Shown: positions 26,652-35,488 of the stretch, in pieces
How positions within the stretch are numbered: position 1 is the stretch's first letter
Layout: each line of letters opens with the position of its first letter
Virus record (IMG/VR): IMGVR_UViG_3300048930_000242
Span: 1 to 64,000 of that record
Reading direction: 5' to 3' (one strand)
From: a virus
DNA: 64,000 nucleotides
Position numbers and translations under genes: made by a program
Notes under the pieces: model-generated
The model's database searches: none
The model's input: only the letters and a program-made list of their open reading frames with translations
What the model was told of the DNA's origin: nothing

Positions 26652-27184
26652 TGTGGTTCGCCTTTAGGTGGAAGTTCGAGTTCTTCTGGTCGAATAGCGA
26701 TGAACGAAGATGTTTGGAGTTCAGCCGTGAATGTGATAATCTCATCTCGATCGGCCGTGGTCTTGAAATTGAATGAGCCAAGTCGAGTCGGCCAGCAGTG
26801 CCGGAACACGATGTGAGAGATTCTCTGCTGGTTATTGCCACGAACCACAACTGTGAGGTCACTGTAAAGAGCTGGATTCTCGGCCAGCATATGCTGCTTG
26901 ATGTCGTCCTGGTGACGGATTGCGGTCATCCAGTCGTAGAAGTCGAACCAGCACTTCATGTCCTCATCGAGCTTCATCGTGAGGAGCAGCTTGTCACCAG
27001 ATCGGACTCCGTCCCCGGGAATATAGAATGGAGTCGTGGCGTCGAGCGTAGGCACATTCACAGGCTCGATCGACAGCTCCGGAATCTGGAAATCCTGGAG
27101 GAAGAAGGTCGAGTTAGGGAGCCGCTCGCAGACAACCGAAAAGTTGAATGGACGCAGCTCGGATGTGTTACGCGACTTCGCCAT
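26648..27184 (-). CDS. gp3: Tail tube terminator / tail completion protein
   Basis: F....ERLPN..FF.Q...IP, IPGD, LDEDM..W...YDW, SD.T, F..CWPT.LG; synteny. Confidence 0.85.
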   Translation of the reverse strand: MAKSRNTSELRPFNFSVVCERLPNSTFFLQDFQIPELSIEPVNVPTLDATTPFYIPGDGVRSGDKLLLTMKLDEDMKCWFDFYDWMTAIRHQDDIKQHMLAENPALYSDLTVVVRGNNQQRISHIVFRHCWPTRLGSFNFKTTADRDEIITFTAELQTSSFIAIRPEELELPPKGEPQ

Positions 27185-27522
27185 CAGTTATAGAAATCAG
27201 CCGCGACTCGACCATCATCATCAATATACACGATGATGAATGTATCACCTTCTTCAATGTTCCAATCGTCGCCGCCAAATTCAACCTTGTAGATGAAATT
27301 GAGTCCTCGACGACCAACAATCGCCTTCAAGAATTTGCCGCTCTTCAAAATGTTGTCGGACATATCTTCATTGTTGTCGAGTGCCTGCTCTAGCTGACGG
27401 ACAGATAGACTCTTAAGACTGAACGCACGGAGATTCTCGTTCGCCTCTTTCTTCAATTCGCGCTTTGGCTTTTCACCAATAGCCTCATTCAACAGACTCT
27501 CAGCTTCTGAAATCTTCTTCAT
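27184..27522 (-). CDS. Putative internal head protein, paralog of 27533-27877
   Basis: MKKISEAESLLNEAIG...ELKKEANENLRAF. Confidence 0.65.
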   Translation of the reverse strand: MKKISEAESLLNEAIGEKPKRELKKEANENLRAFSLKSLSVRQLEQALDNNEDMSDNILKSGKFLKAIVGRRGLNFIYKVEFGGDDWNIEEGDTFIIVYIDDDGRVAADFYN

Positions 27523-27532
27523 TCTGGTTCCT

Positions 27533-27877
27533 TTAGTAATATGTCTTCTGATACCATTCGGCCGCGATTTTGCCACCGACGTCCACGAAAATCAAAGCCT
27601 GGCCAACTCCGGCGTCCTCTTCATCATCGGTCTCGTATTCGATGTCGTAAATGAATTGGACATTGGTGGACGATCCGGCCATTTTCTTGAATCTGGCTTT
27701 CTGAATGCGATTGTCCGAGTAGCCACCGTTCTCTAGAGCCTGATCAACCTGAGCGGCCGTCAACTTTCTGAGGTCGAAAGAGCGCAAATTCTCGTTGCTT
27801 TCTTTCTTCAATTCGGCTTTTGGATAGAAGCCAATGGCCTCATTCAATAGCTGCTCGGCCTCTAGAAACTTCTTCAT
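27533..27877 (-). CDS. Putative internal head protein
   Basis: MKKFLEAEQLLNEAIG...ELKKESNENLRSF; late promoter at 27905. Confidence 0.65.
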   Translation of the reverse strand: MKKFLEAEQLLNEAIGFYPKAELKKESNENLRSFDLRKLTAAQVDQALENGGYSDNRIQKARFKKMAGSSTNVQFIYDIEYETDDEEDAGVGQALIFVDVGGKIAAEWYQKTYY

Positions 27878-27904
27878 TAGGTGATGGCTCCTCTATGTAT
27901 GCTT

Positions 27905-27912
27905 TATCTATT
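27905..27912 (-). promoter_or_regulatory. Late promoter AATAGATA (representative copy)
   Basis: Same motif at 847, 26083, 29223, 30027, 31224, 38095, 47462, 58664, 63899 (minus) and 33593 (plus). Confidence 0.75.
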
Positions 27913-27927
27913 GCGGCTTCTGAAATA

Positions 27928-27955
27928 AGAAAGGCCTCGAAAGAGGCCTTTCTTT
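27928..27955 (-). terminator. Rho-independent terminator after gp23
   Basis: AAGAAAGGCCTC-GAAA-GAGGCCTTTCTT hairpin. Confidence 0.85.
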
Positions 27956-27975
27956 GAAACGCTCTAGTCGTGAGA

Positions 27976-29199
27976 TTAGAGGTTGGTGATCGAAACCTTA
28001 CGGAAGTAAGGGTTCTGACCGGAGACGCCAGAAGCGTATGGGTTAGCGACCAAGCCGTAGCGGGTCTTGAAGCCGATACGTGGCTGGAAGGTGTCTTCAC
28101 CCTGACCGCGGTAGAACTCAAGCGGAGTGTATGGAGCGTAGTAAGCGCCGGCGTCATACTCGTTCGAGCCCTTGTAGCCAAGGATTGCCCAGTCGGTTCC
28201 GGAGGTGGCATATGGGTCGATGTAGACGTCCCACTTACCAGCCAACTTACCAGCATAGGTCAAACCAGTCACATTGACTTCCGAGATTCCGAAGTCGCGG
28301 TCAGCAAACATGTTGAGCTTGCCTGCGAGTTCAAGAGCACCAGCAACGTCTGGAGTGGTTACGATCCAGGTAGCGCGACCTCGGCGAGTTTCCTGACCGA
28401 TGATGTTGCTCTGGCGGTCGAGAAGACGGACGAGACCCTGGTAGCGTTCAACCGACCAACGGCCGTCGGTGTCTGCAGTGACGTCGATCGTTCCACCGGA
28501 CTTAGCCTGTGAATCGATGAAGGCAAGGATTTCGTAGTCGAGTTCGGCGATGATTTCACCCTGGAGGATGGTTGCCAATTCGGACTCTGCGTCAAGGCCG
28601 TGGATAGCCTTAAGGTCCTGTGCGAGTTCGTGCGTGAAGTGAGCCTTCAGAGCACGAGCCTTTGCAGTGACCGAGATCGACGCAATGCTCATGGACATCT
28701 CACCCCATGGATTTGCGACGAAGACCGGATCTTGAGCGGCACCAGCGTCGGCGGTGTTCACCACGCGGTTCTGGCCAAGAGATTCAAGGTTTGCGGTGGT
28801 CATACCAGCGCCTGCGCCGTCACCAGAACGGTTCACGTCTGGACGGTTAGCATTCCAGGTCTCGGTTCCAGTTCCTGGGTTACCGTACCAAACCTTCTGA
28901 GCGAAGATCAGGCCGGTAGGACCGGACATTGGCTGGTTACCAACAAGGTTGGTAGCAACAAGGTTAGGCTGCGTACGACGAAGCAGCGAGATCAGGACCG
29001 GGTCAAACTTCGCAATGTCGCCAGTGCGGGTATCTTCAGTCTTGAGGCCAGCGCCGATTCCGAGTTCGCGAGCGGTGTTTTCAAGAACGCGAATCAGATT
29101 CTTCTTTTTGGTAAGATTCTTGATTGGCGAAACGTTCTTGCTTTCAACGACTGCTTCCCATCGCTTGATGGTTGCTTCGGTAAGAATTGTCTTGGACAT
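27976..29199 (-). CDS. gp23: Major capsid protein
   Basis: PVLISLLRR, QPMSGPTGLIFA, ARALKA..ELAQDLKAIHGLDAESEL, FQPRIGFKTRYG. Confidence 0.98.
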   Translation of the reverse strand: MSKTILTEATIKRWEAVVESKNVSPIKNLTKKKNLIRVLENTARELGIGAGLKTEDTRTGDIAKFDPVLISLLRRTQPNLVATNLVGNQPMSGPTGLIFAQKVWYGNPGTGTETWNANRPDVNRSGDGAGAGMTTANLESLGQNRVVNTADAGAAQDPVFVANPWGEMSMSIASISVTAKARALKAHFTHELAQDLKAIHGLDAESELATILQGEIIAELDYEILAFIDSQAKSGGTIDVTADTDGRWSVERYQGLVRLLDRQSNIIGQETRRGRATWIVTTPDVAGALELAGKLNMFADRDFGISEVNVTGLTYAGKLAGKWDVYIDPYATSGTDWAILGYKGSNEYDAGAYYAPYTPLEFYRGQGEDTFQPRIGFKTRYGLVANPYASGVSGQNPYFRKVSITNL

Positions 29200-29256
29200 T
29201 TAGGTCAAACTCCTTTGTGCTTAATCTATTTTTCTAAAAAATTCGCGAGAGTGATT

Positions 29257-29988
29257 TTAGACTCTAGCAGCTCTTGCAATCACACTCTCAGTGGTCAAAT
29301 CCTGAGACTTCTTGTTTGGCTTGGGATCGGTCTTCGCTGGCTGACCAATTACGGATTCGCGAACGATTTTGGCCGATTCAACAAACTTCTTCAGATCAGA
29401 AACTCTGGACTCCATTGCCACCTTAACGAACTTCTCTCGCTGAGAAGCGGTAAGATCACGAGCGAGTCTTTCGAGAACGACCATTTTCTTCAGACGAAGC
29501 ACAGCTGACTCGTTGGTCTTTACTGCGCTAGTTGCAGCTACAAGCTGCTTGCTGAGATCTTCCACCTTGGTGGAAAGCTTCCCAACAATCTTCTCAGCCG
29601 ATGTGCCAGGGACCTTGACGTGGACCTTCTTCATCGACTCGACAATCGCATCAACGATCGCCTTGTTACGCTTTGCTTCGATCACATCCTTGATTTCTGG
29701 CTTGTTCTTCTTGAGCCATTCAGCAACGACATAATTGACATACTTGGCTACCTTTGCATCCTGGCGCTTCGAGTAAATCTTCACAGATTCCTTGGCGACC
29801 TTGACGTAATGAGCCTTGAAATTCTTGGAGAGACCAAGAGCGATTTCCTTGACCTTTGCATTCATCAAAGATTCAAGGGTGGTTGCGATCGTTCCTACTG
29901 CTTCCGCAGTAAGGGCTCCATCACTTGCCTGCAAAAGTGCCGCCTTGTGGCTTTCAGTAAGGGAGATTTTCTTAAGCTTGATTGTCAT
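29257..29988 (-). CDS. gp22: Prohead core scaffold
   Basis: Coiled coil, YVNYVVAEW, LTASQREKF; between gp21 and gp23. Confidence 0.85.
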   Translation of the reverse strand: MTIKLKKISLTESHKAALLQASDGALTAEAVGTIATTLESLMNAKVKEIALGLSKNFKAHYVKVAKESVKIYSKRQDAKVAKYVNYVVAEWLKKNKPEIKDVIEAKRNKAIVDAIVESMKKVHVKVPGTSAEKIVGKLSTKVEDLSKQLVAATSAVKTNESAVLRLKKMVVLERLARDLTASQREKFVKVAMESRVSDLKKFVESAKIVRESVIGQPAKTDPKPNKKSQDLTTESVIARAARV

Positions 29989-30056
29989 TTACTTTGACTC
30001 CGCATTTGTGTGTTGGAGAATTTTCTTATCTATTGCTGGTTCTGAATACTGATCTG

Positions 30057-30701
30057 TTAGACCTGAATAGAATCAAAAATGCTCTTCACCGCTTCCCTCA
30101 TGACGACATCGAGATTCTTCGCTGGAGCCTTTTTGATTTTCTTCTTGGCTTCTTCTAGAGCCTGCGGCCTGAAGAAGCCATTTTCGTAGATCCATTGACG
30201 ACCTTCCATAACACCTTGCACGAATGCATCTGGAGCTGATGGATTAGAAACCACGTCGGCAGCTGCGCAGATATAGAAGTCATTTTCAATGACCTCCACA
30301 TCGCCTTCCATTCGGACTGACGCCAATCCTCTGGAGGACACCGCGATCTGATACTCGTCTTCAATCAAGTTTCTTACTAGTTGACCGAGCGGAGTACTAA
30401 GGACCAGTGCCTTTCCGATGTAGTTGTTTCCTTCCTTTTCGAGGGAAACGGTTCTGATGCAAAGTCGTTCTGGATTGATCTCCGGAGACTCTGGGTGATT
30501 AAGCTCTCCACCAGCCCTATTGGTCTTGATGAATTCTTCGTTGTATCTGGACACGGCCTCATCAAGCACTCCGATTGGGTACTTGCGACCATTTCCATTC
30601 ACAATCTCACCTTGGAGAAAGATCCCCTCGATATACATCTTCTTCCCGTCCTCTTCAGGACGGGCCGAGAAGTTCTCAATTTTCTCGCGGATTAAGAACA
30701 C
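30057..30701 (-). CDS. gp21: Prohead protease
   Basis: YIEGIFLQ, NGRKYP, GELNHP, VSSRG, DVVSNPSAPDAFV. Confidence 0.97.
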   Translation of the reverse strand: MFLIREKIENFSARPEEDGKKMYIEGIFLQGEIVNGNGRKYPIGVLDEAVSRYNEEFIKTNRAGGELNHPESPEINPERLCIRTVSLEKEGNNYIGKALVLSTPLGQLVRNLIEDEYQIAVSSRGLASVRMEGDVEVIENDFYICAAADVVSNPSAPDAFVQGVMEGRQWIYENGFFRPQALEEAKKKIKKAPAKNLDVVMREAVKSIFDSIQV

Positions 30702-30707
30702 GGCAGA

Positions 30708-31184
30708 TTAGACTCCGAGATTGCCTTCTTCGTCGTCTTCCATGTCGGCGCCGGAAATTTCTTCCTCGTCACCTTCTTCGTCGACAACTTCCTGGCCTGG
30801 CTCGACATCAATCTCGAGATCGTCGGACTCTTCAACATCTGCGCAAGCTTCATCGAGCTCGTCGAAATTGAAACCGGCTTCAAGGACTTCTTCCTCGTCT
30901 TCACCATCGATCATCTCGATAGAGAATTCGGTGTCGTCTTCCTCGCCTTCTTCTTCGTTCAGCTGGGCTGGATCAGCGTCGGCATCGACAGCCGGCTGTG
31001 AGTTATCGCCGGCGACATCTCCATCCTGCTCAGAAACGGTCTCTTCATCTTCCGGCTCTGGAGTCAAAACTTCGACATCATCTTCCTCGCCCTCTGACTC
31101 AGACTTGATCTGCTCAGCAAGAAGCTTCTTTGCGCTTTCATCAAGCAACTTCTCAAGGGCGTTAATGAATTTTGATACGCTCAT
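30708..31184 (-). CDS. Highly acidic prohead core-like protein (gp67/68 position)
   Basis: E/D-rich; between portal and protease; late promoter at 31224. Confidence 0.6.
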   Translation of the reverse strand: MSVSKFINALEKLLDESAKKLLAEQIKSESEGEEDDVEVLTPEPEDEETVSEQDGDVAGDNSQPAVDADADPAQLNEEEGEEDDTEFSIEMIDGEDEEEVLEAGFNFDELDEACADVEESDDLEIDVEPGQEVVDEEGDEEEISGADMEDDEEGNLGV

Positions 31185-31242
31185 TGTTCTGGTTTCCTCT
31201 TACTAAGGTTACAATTCTAGGAATATCTATTAGTTGAAGCAA

Positions 31243-33060
31243 TCATTCTTGATCTTGATTATCTTCATCTTCATCGTCTTTCTTCTTCTCTTCATCATCA
31301 ACTGGTTTCTCATCCTTGCTCTTTGCATCTTTTTCATCATCAGTTGATTTCTTCTTCTGGAACGGATTATCACCGCCAGAATCTTCTTCACCATCTCCTT
31401 CAAGACCGTCTAGTTCTCGAGACGGAACGTCTTCAATAGGAGTAGGTGTAACTTCTTGTCCGTCGGTCGCTCCGCCCTCATAATCGGGATCCATGAAAGC
31501 GTTGCCGATCGCTCCGGTAGCTGCTGGAACCAACTCACCGGCCTTCTTGTCTTGTTCGATCTTCTTCTTCTGCTCTTCGGCTTCGGCCGGAGTCATACGA
31601 AGGACATTCTCGTAGACGAAGTCCTTACAGACATATGTGCCGACAAGGTTATTCATGCGGTCAAGCATGTTCAGACGAGCGTCCCAGAGTTCCAAGGACT
31701 TCATTTCGCGGAAGTAAGAAACTCCATGCCACTTGACCTCGGCGTACTTCTTGACCTCGTCCCATTCCTTTTCGGTGACGACCTTCCGAAGAATGAGCTG
31801 CTTCTTCAGGATGTCGATCAAGGCCTCAGAGAACTTCCGGCGGTAGACGTTCACCATCTTGGCGAACCTGACCTCATCTCTAGTGATTTCTGCGGACCGG
31901 CCGAACTGGTATGTTGCCTCGGTGCTCAAACGGCTCTCAGGGATACCGAAGGCCTTGTAGAGCTTCTTCTTGAACCAGTCAACGGTCTCCATCTTGTCCT
32001 GAAGAGCCTTGCCGGACTCGAGAGTCGAGACCTCGGTGTTCTTCGACTCCTGGTGACCACGAGGAATCCAGATGTCTTCAAGGACATTCTTGATCTGATA
32101 CTGGTTCTGGACGAGGCCTGTCTCGGAGTTATAGATCTCCGACGAGTTATACTGCCTCATCAGGTCTTGGATGTATGTCTTGGCCTGCTGCGGACTCAGA
32201 TCGCCGACGCCGATGTACCAGATTCTCCTTTCTGGAGCTCTGGCGATCGCGTAAATGATCGTTGAATCTTCCATCATCGAAAGCTGATTGAACGGCTTGA
32301 TCGCATGATGGAGGGCCGAGATCACTTGGTTATAGATCGAGACCTCGCCGGAGTCCGAATAGGCGATGGCATCTTGAGAAATCTCAAAGAGTGAATCGTC
32401 GGAGGTCTTGATATGAGAAGACAAGAACGAGACATTGATGCTGTTGTTTCTGGACAGCTCTTCGTCGGTCGGTCTGGAATACAGATAGACGATCTTGCTC
32501 TTCGGATTGAAGAGATTTTCTTGGTGAGTTCTGGTCGGATCATGCTCGAGCTTCATCACCCGCTTGATATAGCAGGCGTCGATCTTTCTGATCTCTTTGA
32601 ACCCGAGTCTGGTATTCGCATGCGGAATCAGATAGAAGAAATGGCGCCCGTCGATGAACCATTCCTTGAAGTACTCTTCGGCATTATTGTTGAACTCCAT
32701 CAAGTTCAACACAGTCTCAAACTCGTCTTCAATCAGTTTCTTGATATTGTCCGAGAGATCCTTGGCCTGACGAAGGTCCAAAGAGATTGTCTTGCCGGAT
32801 GTTTCGTCTTGGTCGACGGCCTCGTTCACAATGTCCGAGATACAATCCTTGACATAGGCGTCGGTTGCCATGGTCCGGTAAAGCTCAATCTGTTTCTTGT
32901 CTTCTTCAAAAATAAGGCCAACAGCCGCCGAGTGATGAATGTTGCCACCTGCTGCGGTGAGCACCATATCAACTGGCTGCTGTTGGCCCTTAATTACATC
33001 ATTCGGAGAGACCGGAACTTCTTTCTTCCGGAATCCGAAATTCCAACCAAAAATCTTCAT
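31243..33060 (-). CDS. gp20: Portal protein
   Basis: IVNEA, WFIDGR, MMEDS.IIY.I.RAPERRIWYI.VG, LED.W.PR, EITRDE.RF. Confidence 0.97.
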   Translation of the reverse strand: MKIFGWNFGFRKKEVPVSPNDVIKGQQQPVDMVLTAAGGNIHHSAAVGLIFEEDKKQIELYRTMATDAYVKDCISDIVNEAVDQDETSGKTISLDLRQAKDLSDNIKKLIEDEFETVLNLMEFNNNAEEYFKEWFIDGRHFFYLIPHANTRLGFKEIRKIDACYIKRVMKLEHDPTRTHQENLFNPKSKIVYLYSRPTDEELSRNNSINVSFLSSHIKTSDDSLFEISQDAIAYSDSGEVSIYNQVISALHHAIKPFNQLSMMEDSTIIYAIARAPERRIWYIGVGDLSPQQAKTYIQDLMRQYNSSEIYNSETGLVQNQYQIKNVLEDIWIPRGHQESKNTEVSTLESGKALQDKMETVDWFKKKLYKAFGIPESRLSTEATYQFGRSAEITRDEVRFAKMVNVYRRKFSEALIDILKKQLILRKVVTEKEWDEVKKYAEVKWHGVSYFREMKSLELWDARLNMLDRMNNLVGTYVCKDFVYENVLRMTPAEAEEQKKKIEQDKKAGELVPAATGAIGNAFMDPDYEGGATDGQEVTPTPIEDVPSRELDGLEGDGEEDSGGDNPFQKKKSTDDEKDAKSKDEKPVDDEEKKKDDEDEDNQDQE

Positions 33061-33083
33061 ATTGAATTATCTCTCAGTGGAGA

Positions 33084-33572
33084 TTACAGTTCGAAGTAGT
33101 CGTAGGCAAACGTTGCCTGTACTTCGGAGATCGCGTTGGTCGAGTCACGGTTGAGGTCGACACCAGCCACATTGGTCAGAAGCATGCCGACCAAACGGAA
33201 GGTGATGCCGGTCGAACCGTCCTTCATGATGGCTTTGACCGAACCGTCGGACTTGACTGCCGAGACGGCACCAGGACCAACGTTGCCGACCGAGCTGTTG
33301 CACTCTTCGTGCCAGTTGTAAAGGTCACGACGGATGGTCATGTCCTTGTCCAACATGACGGTCACCGACCAATCTTCGTATTCACGGTCGCCTGGGATTG
33401 GAATGGTTCGGCCCATATAAGGGACCTTCACCGCCTGGATGATAGAACCAGGAAGCGAAGCGGCCTTACAATGGAACTTCATCTTGTTTCCATTCAGACG
33501 GGTGACATTCACTTCGAATAGGTTAGGGCGGCTGAAATCAGCGAAAGACCCTTTGAAAGCGTTGACGTTCGT
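33084..33572 (-). CDS. gp19: Tail tube protein (apparent ACG start)
   Basis: In-frame NVNAFKGSFADFSRPNLFEV upstream of the ORF-track start; CKAASLPG, PYMGR..IPGDR...W, FAYDY; 162 aa. Confidence 0.92.
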   Translation of the reverse strand, partial: TNVNAFKGSFADFSRPNLFEVNVTRLNGNKMKFHCKAASLPGSIIQAVKVPYMGRTIPIPGDREYEDWSVTVMLDKDMTIRRDLYNWHEECNSSVGNVGPGAVSAVKSDGSVKAIMKDGSTGITFRLVGMLLTNVAGVDLNRDSTNAISEVQATFAYDYFEL

Positions 33573-33627
33573 GACACATTCTCCTTATTTAGTATAGATA
33601 AATTGATTCAAAGGACACGAGGCCACC

Positions 33628-34293
33628 ATGAATTACAAAAGTATCTATAACAAGTTAATCACTAAATTTGCACATCACAGCAAAGAATCTGCTAGAAGCG
33701 CGTATGGCTATTCTGAAGCGCATCATGTCATTCCGAAGTGTGTTGGTGGAACAGATGACGAATCAAACATAGTTCATCTGCCGGCGAAAGCTCATTTCAT
33801 CGCTCATTATCTTCTTGTAAAACTATACCCAGATTCTCAAGGACTATGGGGAGCCTTTAATCTGATGTCCGGCCAAAGTTCAAAGCAGCATCAAAGAGAC
33901 TATTATGTGAGTGCCAGAGTCTATGAACTTTGCAAGAAAAATCTCAGTAGACTAGGACTATCTGAAGATGCTAAAAAGAAAATTTCTGCGACTCTAACTG
34001 GCAGGAAAATCTCAGAAGAACACAAGCGAAATATGATAGCTGCTCGTATTGGAACAAAGCGATCAGAAGAAACTAAACAACGTATGAGAGAAGCTCATAA
34101 AAGAAGAGCTGAACATTATGTTGTTTCTGAAGAGACTAGATCTAAAATGAGAGCTAAAAAAGTTGGAAAGAATCTTACTGAAGAGCAAAGAGCAAAAATC
34201 GGAGTTGGAAACAAAGGAAAAACCGTAACTGAAGAGACTAAACAAAAAATGAGAGAAGCTTGGAAAAGAAGAAAGGTTCACTCATATAAGTGA
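33628..34293 (+). CDS. Free-standing HNH homing endonuclease with NUMOD3 repeats
   Basis: EAHHVIPKCVGGTDDESNIV.L...HFIAH; repeated SEETK..M..A; AT-rich; only clear plus-strand gene. Confidence 0.92.
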   Translation: MNYKSIYNKLITKFAHHSKESARSAYGYSEAHHVIPKCVGGTDDESNIVHLPAKAHFIAHYLLVKLYPDSQGLWGAFNLMSGQSSKQHQRDYYVSARVYELCKKNLSRLGLSEDAKKKISATLTGRKISEEHKRNMIAARIGTKRSEETKQRMREAHKRRAEHYVVSEETRSKMRAKKVGKNLTEEQRAKIGVGNKGKTVTEETKQKMREAWKRRKVHSYK

Positions 34294-34300
34294 ACCTTTC
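34271..34300. terminator. Hairpin between convergent genes
   Basis: GAAAGGTTCAC-N8-GTGAACCTTTC. Confidence 0.7.
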
Positions 34301-34305
34301 CAGTA

Positions 34306-34899
34306 TCAAAGATCCATCCGAATAGAAACTTCGGCGGTTGGCTTACTCTTTCTGATGGCTGCTGCATAGGCGGTCGCTCTGTTACCAGGAAGACCGCTCT
34401 TTACTGCCTTCTTTCCAATGTACACCGAGTAGGTTGCGGTGCGGAAATCAATCGGCTTCGGATCTTCTTCACCTTCATCTGACGCTCCGCCCATTCGGTT
34501 TCCAAATCCGTCGTAGTACTTCTGGTCGCTGTAGCTGCCAGCTTCTTTCTTCGAGAAAGTAGGCTTCAGGACAATGTGAACCTTGCCACCATTGCTATCG
34601 CCTTCATCGCTTCTGCTCGAGATCAGATCAAAGGTGATTCCGTAGTTCTCTCTGAAGTACTTGGCATAATGACCAGTGGTCCATGCCTTCTCCAGAGTGT
34701 CGATGGCCCTTTGGCTTCCGTAGAAGTAGGAGTCAGAAATCTCGAGATTCTGGCCTACAGCCTTTGCGCCACCGTTTCCGCCGGACTTGCTAAAGCCCAT
34801 GTCTGGGCTTTGGAGAAACCGAATGAGCTCCCTGAGATTAGAAATAGAAGCTGGTTCCGCTTCGACGGCGAGTGAGAATGCTTCTTCAATTAGTTTCAT
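34306..34899 (-). CDS. Putative internal head protein (MKLIEEAF family)
   Basis: N-terminus MKLIEEAFSLAVE-A. Confidence 0.65.
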   Translation of the reverse strand: MKLIEEAFSLAVEAEPASISNLRELIRFLQSPDMGFSKSGGNGGAKAVGQNLEISDSYFYGSQRAIDTLEKAWTTGHYAKYFRENYGITFDLISSRSDEGDSNGGKVHIVLKPTFSKKEAGSYSDQKYYDGFGNRMGGASDEGEEDPKPIDFRTATYSVYIGKKAVKSGLPGNRATAYAAAIRKSKPTAEVSIRMDL

Positions 34900-35168
34900 T
34901 TTGCGCCCTTCTTATCCAAACTTCCGTCGTTAAACACTCGAAGATCGAATTCATTACAGAGTTCGTTAATGTGTTCGATTAACTCGTCTTTGTCATTGGT
35001 CTTTGGAGCTGACCAAGACGAATCAATTCCGTGTTGCTTAACAGCGGCCGCAATGATAGATTTCAATTTAGCAACAGAAAATTTCTCAAGTGTGTCTACC
35101 GGGTCAGATGATTGTTGTTTCTCTGATACCAAACTCAATAGAGTGAATGCTTCTTCGATTAGTTTCAT
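34896..35168 (-). CDS. Putative internal head protein (MKLIEEAF family)
   Basis: MKLIEEAFTLLSLVSE; SVAKLKSI...KDELIEHI resembles a helix-extended-helix module. Confidence 0.65.
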   Translation of the reverse strand: MKLIEEAFTLLSLVSEKQQSSDPVDTLEKFSVAKLKSIIAAAVKQHGIDSSWSAPKTNDKDELIEHINELCNEFDLRVFNDGSLDKKGAK

Positions 35169-35190
35169 TTTGGGCCTTCTTAATAGATCG

Positions 35191-35436
35191 TTAAAGCGGA
35201 GATTTGATTCCGTGCTTCTTTATGAAGTCGTTGGCGAAATTTGTCGCTTTTTCACTAGAATCAAATCTACCAAGCTCAAAGCTTTTCTTTGCTCCGCCTT
35301 TAATGTTCGTCGGATTTTTGTATACCACGACATACTTATCAGGAGCGAGAGCGGCAAAAACTGAAACCGAAACACTTCCATCCGGCGAGATTTTCGCTTC
35401 TTCAACCAGTTTGAATGCTTCTTCGATCAGTCTCAT
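35191..35436 (-). CDS. Putative internal head protein (MRLIEEAF family)
   Basis: MRLIEEAFKLVEE-A. Confidence 0.65.
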   Translation of the reverse strand: MRLIEEAFKLVEEAKISPDGSVSVSVFAALAPDKYVVVYKNPTNIKGGAKKSFELGRFDSSEKATNFANDFIKKHGIKSPL

Positions 35437-35451
35437 ATTACCCCCATAGTT

Positions 35452-35478
35452 GAAGGGGAGGATTTCTCCTCCCCTTCA
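35452..35478 (-). terminator. Hairpin after gp18
   Basis: TGAAGGGGAGGA-TTTC-TCCTCCCCTTCA. Confidence 0.7.
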
Positions 35479-35488
35479 TTTTCTTCTT

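Noticed and set aside
33572-34300. Group I intron splitting gp19 around the HNH gene
   Set aside because: gp19 is full length from 33572 with its own SD; no upstream exon or recognisable intron core; the HNH gene is antisense
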